A stretch of 64,000 nucleotides of DNA from Entomortierella parvispora E1425 (GCA_020891255.1 BQFW01000009.1:806001-870000); one strand, 5' to 3'. Positions 47,879-57,679 are shown, counted from the stretch's first letter. Notes: a model not told the origin generated them from the sequence alone. Made by a program: numbers and translations.

Positions 47879-50530
47879 TTATGAGTGCTGTCTAGAATTG
47901 TGACCTTCCCCGCTGCACACTCCACACTTCGTTGATTTTTTTTTTGTCTCCATGCTACTCTTTATCCGAGAAGTCCTCGGTCTGCCCTTCGTCTTTGTAT
48001 AGTGAGGATCCTTCATACCTTCTTCGCCTGCCCCCCTCACAATGACACGGTTTAGGCCATCTTTAACTGTTTCGAATACTTCTGGATTGGAGTTCACGGT
48101 GTCCATGATATTCTTCATCAGGCCAGATATCTCTCCAATGCGGCGTTTTTTGGAAAGGTTGCGTTTATCAACCCCCGACAGGGATGGCACTGAGGGGAAA
48201 ACCTTCATGATATCGCTCATGAAAGAAGAAGCAGGCTCTCCCTCTGCACTCCCCACCTGAGCGACCGTCTTCTGCGTTTTTGCGCTCAAAAACGCCCCTG
48301 AGAGATCAAGATCTGTTAGGTCCTGCAGTTCTTCTTTAAACCACCGCATCGGAATAAGCCTGACATGATACTTGCATCTGTCACTAACTTGCATCAGATG
48401 GAAATAGTGTCGACATACAAATCCGCTGTTTTGGAGGAGGAGGCAAGTACAAATGTACGAGCCATCAGCCAGTAAAAGTATGTGCTGAAGTGACTTTCGC
48501 TCCGTGTCCAAGCGGAACGTCACGTCGAAGATTTGTACAATTCGATCAGAACCAACGATTGTCTGGATGGACTGGAGAGCTCATTTCGCGATCGTCTTTT
48601 GACGATCTCTCAATCTAAGGACAAAGAGAAGAATAACGGCTTAGTACCTCTATCTGGTCTTAGGATTGCGCTTGGGTATTGGAATGATGTACAAGTACTT
48701 ACTTCCTCGAAATCACCTCCTTCGATTGATCGTGGAGCACAGGCGTCTATACCTGTGTGTGGATTGGACTGATACAAAACAGAGCGCGACATCTCTAACT
48801 TCATCTGACTTTTTGCTGCGATGCCAAGATAGCGATTGTTTGCATCGATAACATCGGCAAACATTTGCTGAACAAACGTCGACGTTGCGGGATCAACCGT
48901 TGTATCCGTCTTGTAGAGAATATACTTTGAAGTCTGGGCTTCATTTGATAGCTTCTTTTCAATTGCCTCGAACAGTGCTGGAAGGGACGTCTTGCCATTG
49001 ACGGCCCTTTTGATGGCCGCATTCATACTCTCCACACGCTGAGTCGACTGCATTCCGGCGGTAAATCTTGTCCCAACCCAAGGCCAAGCCCAGTGCTCGC
49101 GCTTCTCGCTTATCCTTTTCAGGTAACCCTCAATCTTTGGCTTATCAACACCAAAGACCGCAACATGCTCTGACCATCTACGCTCAAAATCGGAGGCCGT
49201 AAGCGCGTTTCGGGTTGTCCAAAAAGCTGATATAAAATCATTCCAGTCTTTGCCTAGCGCTCCGTGGAGGTTTTTGTTCAGGTTTTGTCGCAGATGCCAG
49301 ATACAGTTCAAGACGGTGGTCTTGCTTATAGTTGTGGCACAAGCGGCCTCCATAGCGGGATCTTCGTCGACGAAAATGATATGAGGATATACGTTGTCGC
49401 TTGCCGCCAACAGTTGCTCTAGAATCCACTCATAGTCCTCCACTGATTCCCCAGAAACCAATGAACACCCTACCAAACGACTCTTTCCTGCATTGTCGAT
49501 AATGACTATAACATTAAGAGGCATGCCGAAACGGTTCGTCTTGTAAGTGTTATCGCTGATGACAACATCGCGGTAGCGTCGGTAGAGGTATCTTTGAGAA
49601 GGGCTCATCCAGAACATCCTTCTGAGCCGGCCATTTTCATCCAGATCGGTAGCAAAGAACCAGTCTTTATCGTTGCGCGTTTTATCCTGTAGAATCTTGT
49701 GGAGCTCTGCAGCCTCGGAGCCACCGATGTGAGCACTGTTTTTTGCTTTCTGGATGGCATTTGCGACTGTCCGAAGATCGAACGCTTTGTCTGGCCATTC
49801 ATGTTGAAGCATGTAAACAATAAACTTGGGATCACATTTGCCTGCATGGGTGGTAATAAGCTGGAGCATTTCGGCACTGAGTCGTTTATCACGCTGGTTG
49901 GACTCCAGGATGTCGCATTTCTTGAGTTCGTGGCAGTGGTCTGTGACAAGGGAAGTAATACGCCAACGTGGAAACAACTCCCTTGGAGACCGAACAACGA
50001 TTTGGCATGGGCAGCACTCGCGGCTGGAGGTGCAATTGCGGTGCTTATCTGGGTCAACATTCTTTTGCGGAACATGTTTTCCAGCCTTCTTGCAACCAAA
50101 AATTACTATTCATCGGCAAACCATACTTGTGTCAAAAAGAATTGATCCATAGAGAAAAAAAAACAACCTGCAGATTTTAAGTACCTACCTCGGGGACTTT
50201 GGCCATTCATCCTCTTGAGTCTGGACTGCATCCTTCTCAGGAAAAATCCTTGCTTGCGAGCCCATGCGTGGAGTTTTTTCTTCTAGTTCTTCAAGAGTTT
50301 CATGCAACTGGCCGATATAAGGTGTCCACGGCAGGCTGTCACCCTCTTCAGCACTGTTGCCTGTGATGGCTATGGCGGCAGCCGCTACCTCTGCCCTGGC
50401 CCCACATGAAGAGGGTCCGTCAGCTGCAAGAGCATCACTTGTAATGGTTACGGCGGCGGCCGCTGCCTCTGCCCTGGCCCCACATGAAGAGGGTCCGACA
50501 TTTAAGAAAGCATCACTTGTAATGGTCTCT
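47879..50530 (-). CDS. FAR1/FHY3-like MULE transposase (FAR1 DNA-binding domain, DDE core, SWIM finger, zinc knuckle); introns 50188-50106 and from 48702; possibly frameshifted
   Basis: LHAWARKQGF...VIFGCKKAG...CPCQIVVR...WRITSLVTDHCHEL (FAR1/WRKY-GCM1 fold). DVVISDNTYKTNRFGMPL, IFVDEDPAM, CIWHLRQN and STQRVESMN (DDE). ICTCLLLQNSGFVCRHYF (SWIM). CGVCSGEGHN (knuckle). Confidence 0.92.
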
Positions 50531-51955
50531 CTAGAATAGCCGCATCGGCTACAGCTGTAGTGACCCCATCTTCGGTAGGTATCTCTTCATTGACTGCGAC
50601 TTTTACAATGGCGTTGTCTGTGATGATTGAGTCAGTTGTAACTATGTCCGGATCATTTGCCGACACAATATCGAGATCAGCCACCCTTGCCACCCCTTGG
50701 CCTCGAGAAGCATGTGCTGCATGTTCGATCTAGATGAATTGAGTATTAATCTACGGTGGTCGGACAACGGGGGATTTGTGTCATACGTTACAAACAAGCA
50801 AAGATTCACCTTGTTGTAGCCGGTGGCCAGCTTCAAAAGCCTCAATCGATGATGTGCAGATCGTTCGTGAGTCCAGAGTTCTATTTCAGGATTCATTCTC
50901 CTCTCGACAGCATTGATGGAGTTGACAGCGCACGATCCACTGCTAGCTGGTTGCCGTGGGACATCGAGATGCTCGATGTGGCTGCTCCAACGATCTATAT
51001 CAAGCCCACAGCATCTTATCCATTGTCGTATCGCTTGACAGGCCTCACGAGGTGTGGGATAAGAGAGGGAATCCCCAAATGAGATCTGACATTTAACGAA
51101 ATCGACCTCGATCGCACCCCAATGAGATGGCATATAAACAATCGAGAATGCCTTTTCAACTCGCCCGCTTCGGAGCTCGTCCCTTTTCCATTCCAGGTAT
51201 AGATTCTTTCGCCAGTTGTTGAGTTGAGTAGGTGTGATCAAAAGGTATCGATTGCTTGCCCCATACGACTCGGCAAAGAGCTGCAACACCGTGCGCACGA
51301 CCTCGTCATTAATGAAGCACTCCTTCATGAGACAAAACGCGTTTCCAATGGCCAATGGCGCCTCAGAAGTTGGCTGAAACTCCCAATGGATGATGCCTGA
51401 GGTATTGGAAATTAGGTCGCGGATCCAATCGGCAAAGTTGCGATCCGAGACGGCATCGATCCAGTTAAACATCTCCATCGCTTGAATGATGAAAGTGTGC
51501 GTCTGCACCGCGCCGAGTAAGATTTTGACCGAGGCATGCGAGAAATCTCCAACGCCATGGATGCGAATGCCCCACGCCTTTTGAGACACTGACGCACCAA
51601 CTATAAATAAACATATTGTAACTGTGCTGGTCAGGAGTTTTGCCAATTGACACCTAAACGAAAAGAGCAGCCGATGTTTTCTCTTATTGAACCTACGCAG
51701 CATTTCGTTGGCCTTCATAACAACATCTTGCGAAGGTAGCGTTTTGAGAATTGCAACTCTGGCTTCGAATATTCTCTCTTTGGGCGGTGGCAGCTCATAT
51801 ATGACCTCGACCTCGGTACAAGTTTTAGTAATCGGAAGGGGGATTTTCAGCAGTGCCTTGCCAGTTTGTAGCCTTTGCCAGTATTGGCTGTACATCACTT
51901 TCGATTCTTTCGACGTCCCTGGGTCGTCCACAAGATGATTAACAGCTGACGACAT
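50502..51955 (-). CDS. Ulp1-like (peptidase C48) SUMO protease carried by the MULE; intron 50809-50730; possibly the N-terminal part of the transposase gene
   Basis: CFINDEVV...IVYMPSHWGAIEVDFVKCQISFGDSL...VPRQPASSGSCAV gives the His-Asp-(Gln)-Cys arrangement of Ulp1-family proteases. Confidence 0.8.
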
Positions 51956-52204
51956 CCTATATTTTTTTTAAATGCCAAAATAGACTGTATCAGCAAAACG
52001 CTCCAAAGAACTTCAGTAGGTACGAGACAGACAACAAACCCCGTACAGAGAAGTATGGCTCGGCTGAGGTTATAAGATTCTTGTGAATCTTCGTCGGTGC
52101 CTACTGCCGTAGCTTTATATCAGAAGTTCCAACGTTTCATTGTCTCCGCTTCGAGTAGAGTAACTCAAAACCCCGAACACTATTTGCAGTCTATGTGTAT
52201 ATAC

Positions 52205-55200
52205 CATATATGTACCATAGTCGGCCAAAAAAAAAAAAAGATCCATTTTGCCTTCTGTATGCATGCAATTGACAGGCATCCTCTAAGTCATGGAGGGTGA
52301 TAGTCCAGTGAGCTCTGACCTTGTCCGGTCCGGAAGACTGGAGCGGGTATCAGCCGTGTTTCTTTCCTCTGGTATTGATCTACCCCCGGTCAACCCTCAG
52401 TCAAAAAAAAAAAAAAAAAACCTCTGCATGCAAGAGTAGACCATTCCTAATTGGGACTTCTGGCGACTCGCAAGGACTCGCAAGACGGTATGTGTACCAT
52501 GGTCGGCCAAAAGAAAAAAAAAAGTGCATTTTGCCTTCTGTATGCATGCAATTGACAGACATCCCCTAGGTCATAGAGGGTGATAGTCCAGTGGGCTCTG
52601 ACCTTGTCCGGTCCGGAAGACTGGAGCGGGTATCAGCTGTGTTTCTTTCCTCTTGTATTGATCTACCCCCGGTCAACCCTCGGTCAAATAAAAAAAAATC
52701 CTCTGCATGCAAGAGTAGACCATTCCTAATTGGGACTTCTGGCGACTCGCAAGGACTCGCAAGACGGTACGTGTACCATGATCGGCCAAAAGAAAAAAAA
52801 AAGTGCATTTTGCCTTCTGTATGCATGCAATTGACAGACATCCCCTAGGTCATAGAGGGTGATAGTCCAGTGGGCTCTGACCTTGTCCGGTCCGGAAGAC
52901 TGGAGCGGGTATCAGCTGTGTTTCTTTCCTCTTGTATTGATCTACCCCCGGTCAACCCTCGGTCAAATAAAAAAAAAAAGCCTTTGCATGCAACAGTAGA
53001 CCATTCCTAATTGGGACTTCTGGCGACTCGCAAGGACTCGCAAGACGGTATGTGTACCATGGTCGGCCAAAAGAAAAAAAAAAGTGCATTTTGCCTTCTG
53101 TATGCATGCAATTGACAGGCATCCTCTAAGTCATGGAGGGTGATAGTCCAGTGAGCTCTGACCTTGTCCGGTCCGGAAGACTGGAGCGGGTATCAGCCGT
53201 GTTTCTTTCCTCTGGTATTGATCTACCCCCGGTCAACCCTCAGTCAAAAAAAAAAAAAAAAAACCTCTGCATGCAAGAGTAGACCATTCCTAATTGGGAC
53301 TTCTGGCGACTCGCAAGGACTCGCAAGACGGTATGTGTACCATGATCGGCCAAAAGAAAAAAAAAAGTGCATTTTGCCTTCTGTATGCATGCAATTGACA
53401 GGCATCCCCTAGGTCATAGAGGATGATAGTCCAGTGAGCTCTGACCTTGTCCGGTCCGGAAGACTGGAGCGGGTATCAGCTGTGTTTTCTTTCCTCTTGT
53501 ATTGATCTACCCCCGGTCAACCCTCGGTCAAATAAAAAAAAATCCTCTGCATGCAAGAGTAGACCATTCCTAATTGGGACTTCTGGCGACTCGCAAGGAC
53601 TCGCAAGACGGTACGTGTACCATGATCGGCCAAAAGAAAAAAAAAAGTGCATTTTGCCTTCTGTATGCATGCAATTGACAGACATCCCCTAGGTCATAGA
53701 GGGTGATAGTCCAGTGGGCTCTGACCTTGTCCGGTCCGGAAGACTGGAGCGGGTATCAGCCGTGTTTCTTTCCTCTGGTATTGATCTACCCCCGGTCAAC
53801 CCTCGGTCAAAAAAAAAAAAAAAAAACCTCTGCATGCAAGAGTAGACCATTCCTAATTGGGACTTCTGGCGACTCGCAAGGACTCGCAAGACGGTATGTG
53901 TACCATGATCGGCCAAAAGAAAAAAAAAAGTGCATTTTGCCTTCTGTATGCATGCAATTGACAGGCATCCCCTAGGTCATAGAGGATGATAGTCCAGTGA
54001 GCTCTGACCTTGTCCGGTCCGGAAGACTGGAGCGGGTATCAGCTGTGTTTCTTTCCTCTTGTATTGATCTACCCCCGGTCAACCCTCGGTCAAATAAAAA
54101 AAAAAAATCCTTTGCATGCAACAGTAGACCATTCCTAATTGGGACTTCTGGCGACTCGCAAGGACTCGCAAGACGGTATGTGTACCATGGTCGGCCAAAA
54201 GAAAAAAAAAAGTGCATTTTGCCTTCTGTATGCATGCAATTGACAGGCATCCTCTAAGTCATGGAGGGTGATAGTCCAGTGAGCTCTGACCTTGTCCGGT
54301 CCGGAAGACTGGAGCGGGTATCAGCCGTGTTTCTTTCCTCTGGTATTGATCTACCCCCGGTCAACCCTCAGTCAAAAAAAAAAAAAAAAAAACCTCTGCA
54401 TGCAAGAGTAGACCATTCCTAATTGGGACTTCTGGCGACTCGCAAGGACTCGCAAGACGGTATGTGTACCATGATCGGCCAAAAGAAAAAAAAAAGTGCA
54501 TTTTGCCTTCTGTATGCATGCAATTGGCAGACATCCCCTAGGTCATAGAGGATGATAGTCCAGTGAGCTCTGACCTTGTCCGGTCCGGAAGACTGGAGCG
54601 GGTATCAGCTGTGTTTCTTTCCTCTTGTATTGATCTACCCCCGGTCAACCCTCGGTCAAATAAAAAAAAATCCTCTGCATGCAAGAGTAGACCATTCCTA
54701 ATTGGGACTTCTGGCGACTCGCAAGGACTCGCAAGACGGTACGTGTACCATGATCGGCCAAAAGAAAAAAAAAAGTGCATTTTGCCTTCTGTATGCATGC
54801 AATTGACAGACATCCCCTAGGTCATAGAGGGTGACAGTCCAGTGGGCTCTGACCTTGTCCGGTCCGGAAGACTGGAGCGGGTATCAGCTGTGTTTCTTTC
54901 CTCTTGTATTGATCTACCCCCGGTCAACCCTCGGTCAAATAAAAAAAAAAAGCCTTTGCATGCAACAGTAGACCATTCCTAATTGGGACTTCTGGCGACT
55001 CGCAAGGACTCGCAAGACGGTATGTGTACCATGATCGGCCAAAAGAAAAAAAAAAGTGCATTTTGCCTTCTGTATGCATGCAATTGACAGACATCCCCTC
55101 GGTCATAGAGGATGATAGTCCAGTGGGCTCTGACCTTGTCTGGATCAGAAGACTGGAGCGGGTATCAGCTGTGTTTCTTTCCTCTTGTATTGATCTACCC

Positions 55201-55397
55201 CCGGTCAACCCTCGGTCAAATAAAAAAAAAGCCTTTGCATGCAACAGTAGACCATTCCTAATTGGGACTTCTGGCGACTCGCAAGGACTCGCAAGACGGT
55301 ACGTGTACCATGGTCGGCCAAAAGAAAAAAAGATACATTTTGCCCTCTGTATGCATGCCATTGACAGACATCCCCTAGGTCATAGAGGATGATGGTC
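52205..55397. repeat. Tandem array of about 11.3 copies of a ~281-bp unit inside the MULE
   Basis: GTACCAT unit starts at about 52212, 52494, 52773, 53054, 53337, 53617, 53900, 54182, 54466, 54745, 55026 and 55305. Units are near-identical, differing in A-tract length and about 13 SNP sites. The many short track ORFs here are repeat artefacts. Confidence 0.97.
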
Positions 55398-55550
55398 CGA
55401 CATGTTCTTCTGGTTCGAAACAAAGGGACTGACTCGACTGACTCGTACATCCAGGCTTCTTGTGTCAGCAACTCCCACATGTATAAATATGTGTACTTGC
55501 GGCATCCAGTTCTGTATCTTGTCCTCCTCATCGTTCTCACCTCTTCCAAC

Positions 55551-56402
55551 ATGCCTCGTGGTGCTTGCACTTACGGCTATTGCGCGCTAGGTCTCCTCCC
55601 CCCTGCCGAACCCAAGACCAAAAATCAGAAGAACCATGTTGCAGGGTATCACGTCGACAACCCCATCAAGTTCATGTGCGGGTACACTGATCGACAAGTC
55701 ACCTTTAGTCGAATTCCCACAAAACACATGGATTTCGTCTGCTACTGTGGCCTGACGTTCACCCTTAACTCTTCGATCCATCGCCATTACCATTACTGTG
55801 CCGTTGCCAGGGACGCCGCCCTAAATGCAATCGCACATCCACCTCCTCCTGGTGCAGGTGGTGCAGGCGATGGCAATGGCGTTATTGTTGCGCCGGCGCC
55901 TCCTTCAACGGCCCTGGTGGTAGCGGAGCGCAGCGTCGGGAGCATTCTGGAGGAAAAGTTGATTGAGCAACATCAAGCCTTCCTGGAGACGTTCACAGGA
56001 CAGAGCGCGAAGCTCGTCGAGAGCATGACCCAGTCTCAGTTGTCGTTTCTGAACACCTTCACCGCTTCGTATGCTGAACAAGCTGTGGCACATCAGCGCA
56101 GCATCGCTGAACATAACCGCTTGGCCTTAGAGGAGCAGCGCACGGCCCTCGAGGAGCAGCGAGCTGCCATTGAGATGCAGCGAGCAGCTGTTGAGGAACA
56201 GAGAGTGTTCTACAATCGCCATCAAAACAATCAAGCAGAGATAATGGCCGAGCAGAAGCTTACAAGGGACGAGGTTAGAAACCTCATGTCACTCAAGCGC
56301 GATCGATCTTTCACGTTGGAAGTCAGCGAGCGAGCACTCAAAGGCCTTCAGAGTGACCCATCTTACATGGTCAGCCCCTGCCAGGACGACGAGGACATGT
56401 GA
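55551..56402 (+). CDS. MULE accessory protein with two putative zinc fingers and a coiled coil (283 aa)
   Basis: ATG at 55551 (MPRGAC...). C-x4-C-x17-H-x4-H (CTYGYC...KNHVAGYH), FVCYCGLTFTLNSSIHRHYHYC (C2HC-like), and heptads ALEEQRT/ALEEQRA/AIEMQRA/AVEEQRV. Intronless. Confidence 0.75.
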   Translation: MPRGACTYGYCALGLLPPAEPKTKNQKNHVAGYHVDNPIKFMCGYTDRQVTFSRIPTKHMDFVCYCGLTFTLNSSIHRHYHYCAVARDAALNAIAHPPPPGAGGAGDGNGVIVAPAPPSTALVVAERSVGSILEEKLIEQHQAFLETFTGQSAKLVESMTQSQLSFLNTFTASYAEQAVAHQRSIAEHNRLALEEQRTALEEQRAAIEMQRAAVEEQRVFYNRHQNNQAEIMAEQKLTRDEVRNLMSLKRDRSFTLEVSERALKGLQSDPSYMVSPCQDDEDM

Positions 56403-56649
56403 AAGACAGATAGTGCGCAATCCCACGTCGACGAAGTGTAACAGGTTATGTTCGCAATTATTCAATAAAAATATTCTTGCGAAATATCTTCTGATGCTAT
56501 GGCGGACGAGGTGGACTTTTTTTTTTTTACATATTATTTGCTATGTCGAGACAGTGAAGCGAAGTGCGAGAACAAACTACTAACAATGAAGCCCGAATCC
56601 CCGCGCAACAAATGCCACGACTCATCGCTGTTTAATAAAGAATAAAATG

Positions 56650-57240
56650 TTACAAAAGTGTCGATATATGAACCTGGCCACGCACACCAGCCAGTAAGCG
56701 CTGGTCTGCCAGCTTAAGGTCATCTTGGGCATCTGGGCAACGGCCTTGGTGGTGGCCGGAGTGAGGTTTACCGCATTGGCAGGTGTCTGGTGGTAAGATC
56801 GTAGCAAATGCATTGTTCCAAGGTTGGCCTCGCTGTGCTTGCTTCTTCATCTTGGAGCGGATGCCTTGAGTCTTCTCCCAGGCAATAGTAACCTCGCCGC
56901 GTGTCTTCCGGATACGTGCAAGAGTATCCCTATCCTGACGACGGATAAGTTGATGAGCAACTGCGACCACGACCGAGTGAGGGCCTTTAATAATTGGAGT
57001 CCAGGCCTTGATCGAAGCGCAGTGTAACACTCCTTGGTAGGCAGTGACGACCGACTGAGCCGATGCCAACGGGGCTGGTGCCAACGGGCTGGTGATCTGT
57101 CCCCTCACAGGAGGACAGGTCGTTGGCGAGTCATGGAAGGCAGAGTACAATGATGTCCACAAAGCCGTGTCCGATGGCTGGTACCATGGAGGCGGTTTCG
57201 GGCGGCAACTTCGGGTTTGCGGGCTTGTTGCGAACGAGGT
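56650..57240 (-). other. ATG-less open frame next to the right TIR, possibly a captured gene fragment
   Basis: About 200 codons are open with protein-like composition and a CQCGKPHSGHHQGRCP motif. There is no in-frame ATG; the track start lies inside the TIR. Confidence 0.35.
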
Positions 57241-57294
57241 GGAGCTCACTATCTGACAACCCAGGTTTCCATGCAATTTTCCAAAGTGTGACTG

Positions 57295-57344
57295 GTGGGT
57301 TGTCAAACAAAACGAACAACCTGGGTTGTCAAATAGATAAATCC
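57295..57344 (-). repeat. Right terminal inverted repeat of the MULE
   Basis: GTGGGTTGTCAAACAAAACGAACAACCTGGGTTGTCAAATAGATAAATCC, with an extra subterminal TGACAACCCAGG at about 57254. Confidence 0.93.
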
Positions 57345-57371
57345 AAAAAAAGAAAGCGAAGCAAAAAAGGA

Positions 57372-57466
57372 TTTCCCAGCCGAGGATCGAACTCGGGATC
57401 TTTACGTGACTTTGGTATATTTTGAAAATATAAGCATAACGCCTTAACCGACTTGGCCACTGGGAA
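57372..57466 (-). tRNA. tRNA-Ile(TAT) with 21-nt intron (57428-57408)
   Basis: Acceptor stem TTCCCAG/CTGGGAA, D arm GCCAAGTCGGTTAAGGC, anticodon stem TTATG/CGTAA with loop CT-TAT-A[intron]A, T arm CCGAG-TTCGATC-CTCGG, discriminator A, and a T6 terminator just downstream. Confidence 0.93.
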
Positions 57467-57679
57467 AAATTTCAAAGAGCCCGAGACAAAAATTGCCTTT
57501 TATGCCAGAGGATCAGCATGCTACACGTGATTGCAGCGCATGCGACTATTGTACTTACGGTGGCGTTTTTCAGCGCCCAATATGCTTCCGGAGAGCCATT
57601 TCAGGGATTCGATTGATCAAGACTCGGATTCCATTGTTCTTGGTTCCTCACTCCTCTGCTCCATTCACCACTTACAATC

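Larger units (their letters stand above)
47741..57344. mobile_element. Mutator-like (MULE) DNA transposon, 9604 bp, with 50-bp TIRs and accessory genes
   Basis: Left end GGGTTTATCTATTTGACAACCCAGGTTGTTCGTTTTACCTGACAACCCAC matches the reverse complement of 57295-57344 at 46/50. Flanks are AAAAAAAAA and AAAAAAAGA (8/9, ambiguous 9-bp TSD in an A tract). A MULE transposase lies inside. Confidence 0.93.

Noticed and set aside
52321-55392. Repeated 70-145-aa ORFs (MSGPEDWSGYQ..., MSVNCMHTEGK...) in the array
   Set aside because: Frames shift with A-tract length from unit to unit and are Lys/Phe homopolymer translations, so they are not maintained as coding.
52205-55397. Array as a CRISPR locus, or as a centromeric satellite given nearby CENP-S
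   Set aside because: There are no unique spacers, the units are ~281 bp and the host is eukaryotic. The array lies inside transposon TIRs in a gene-dense region, and the position of a CENP-S gene says nothing about centromere location.
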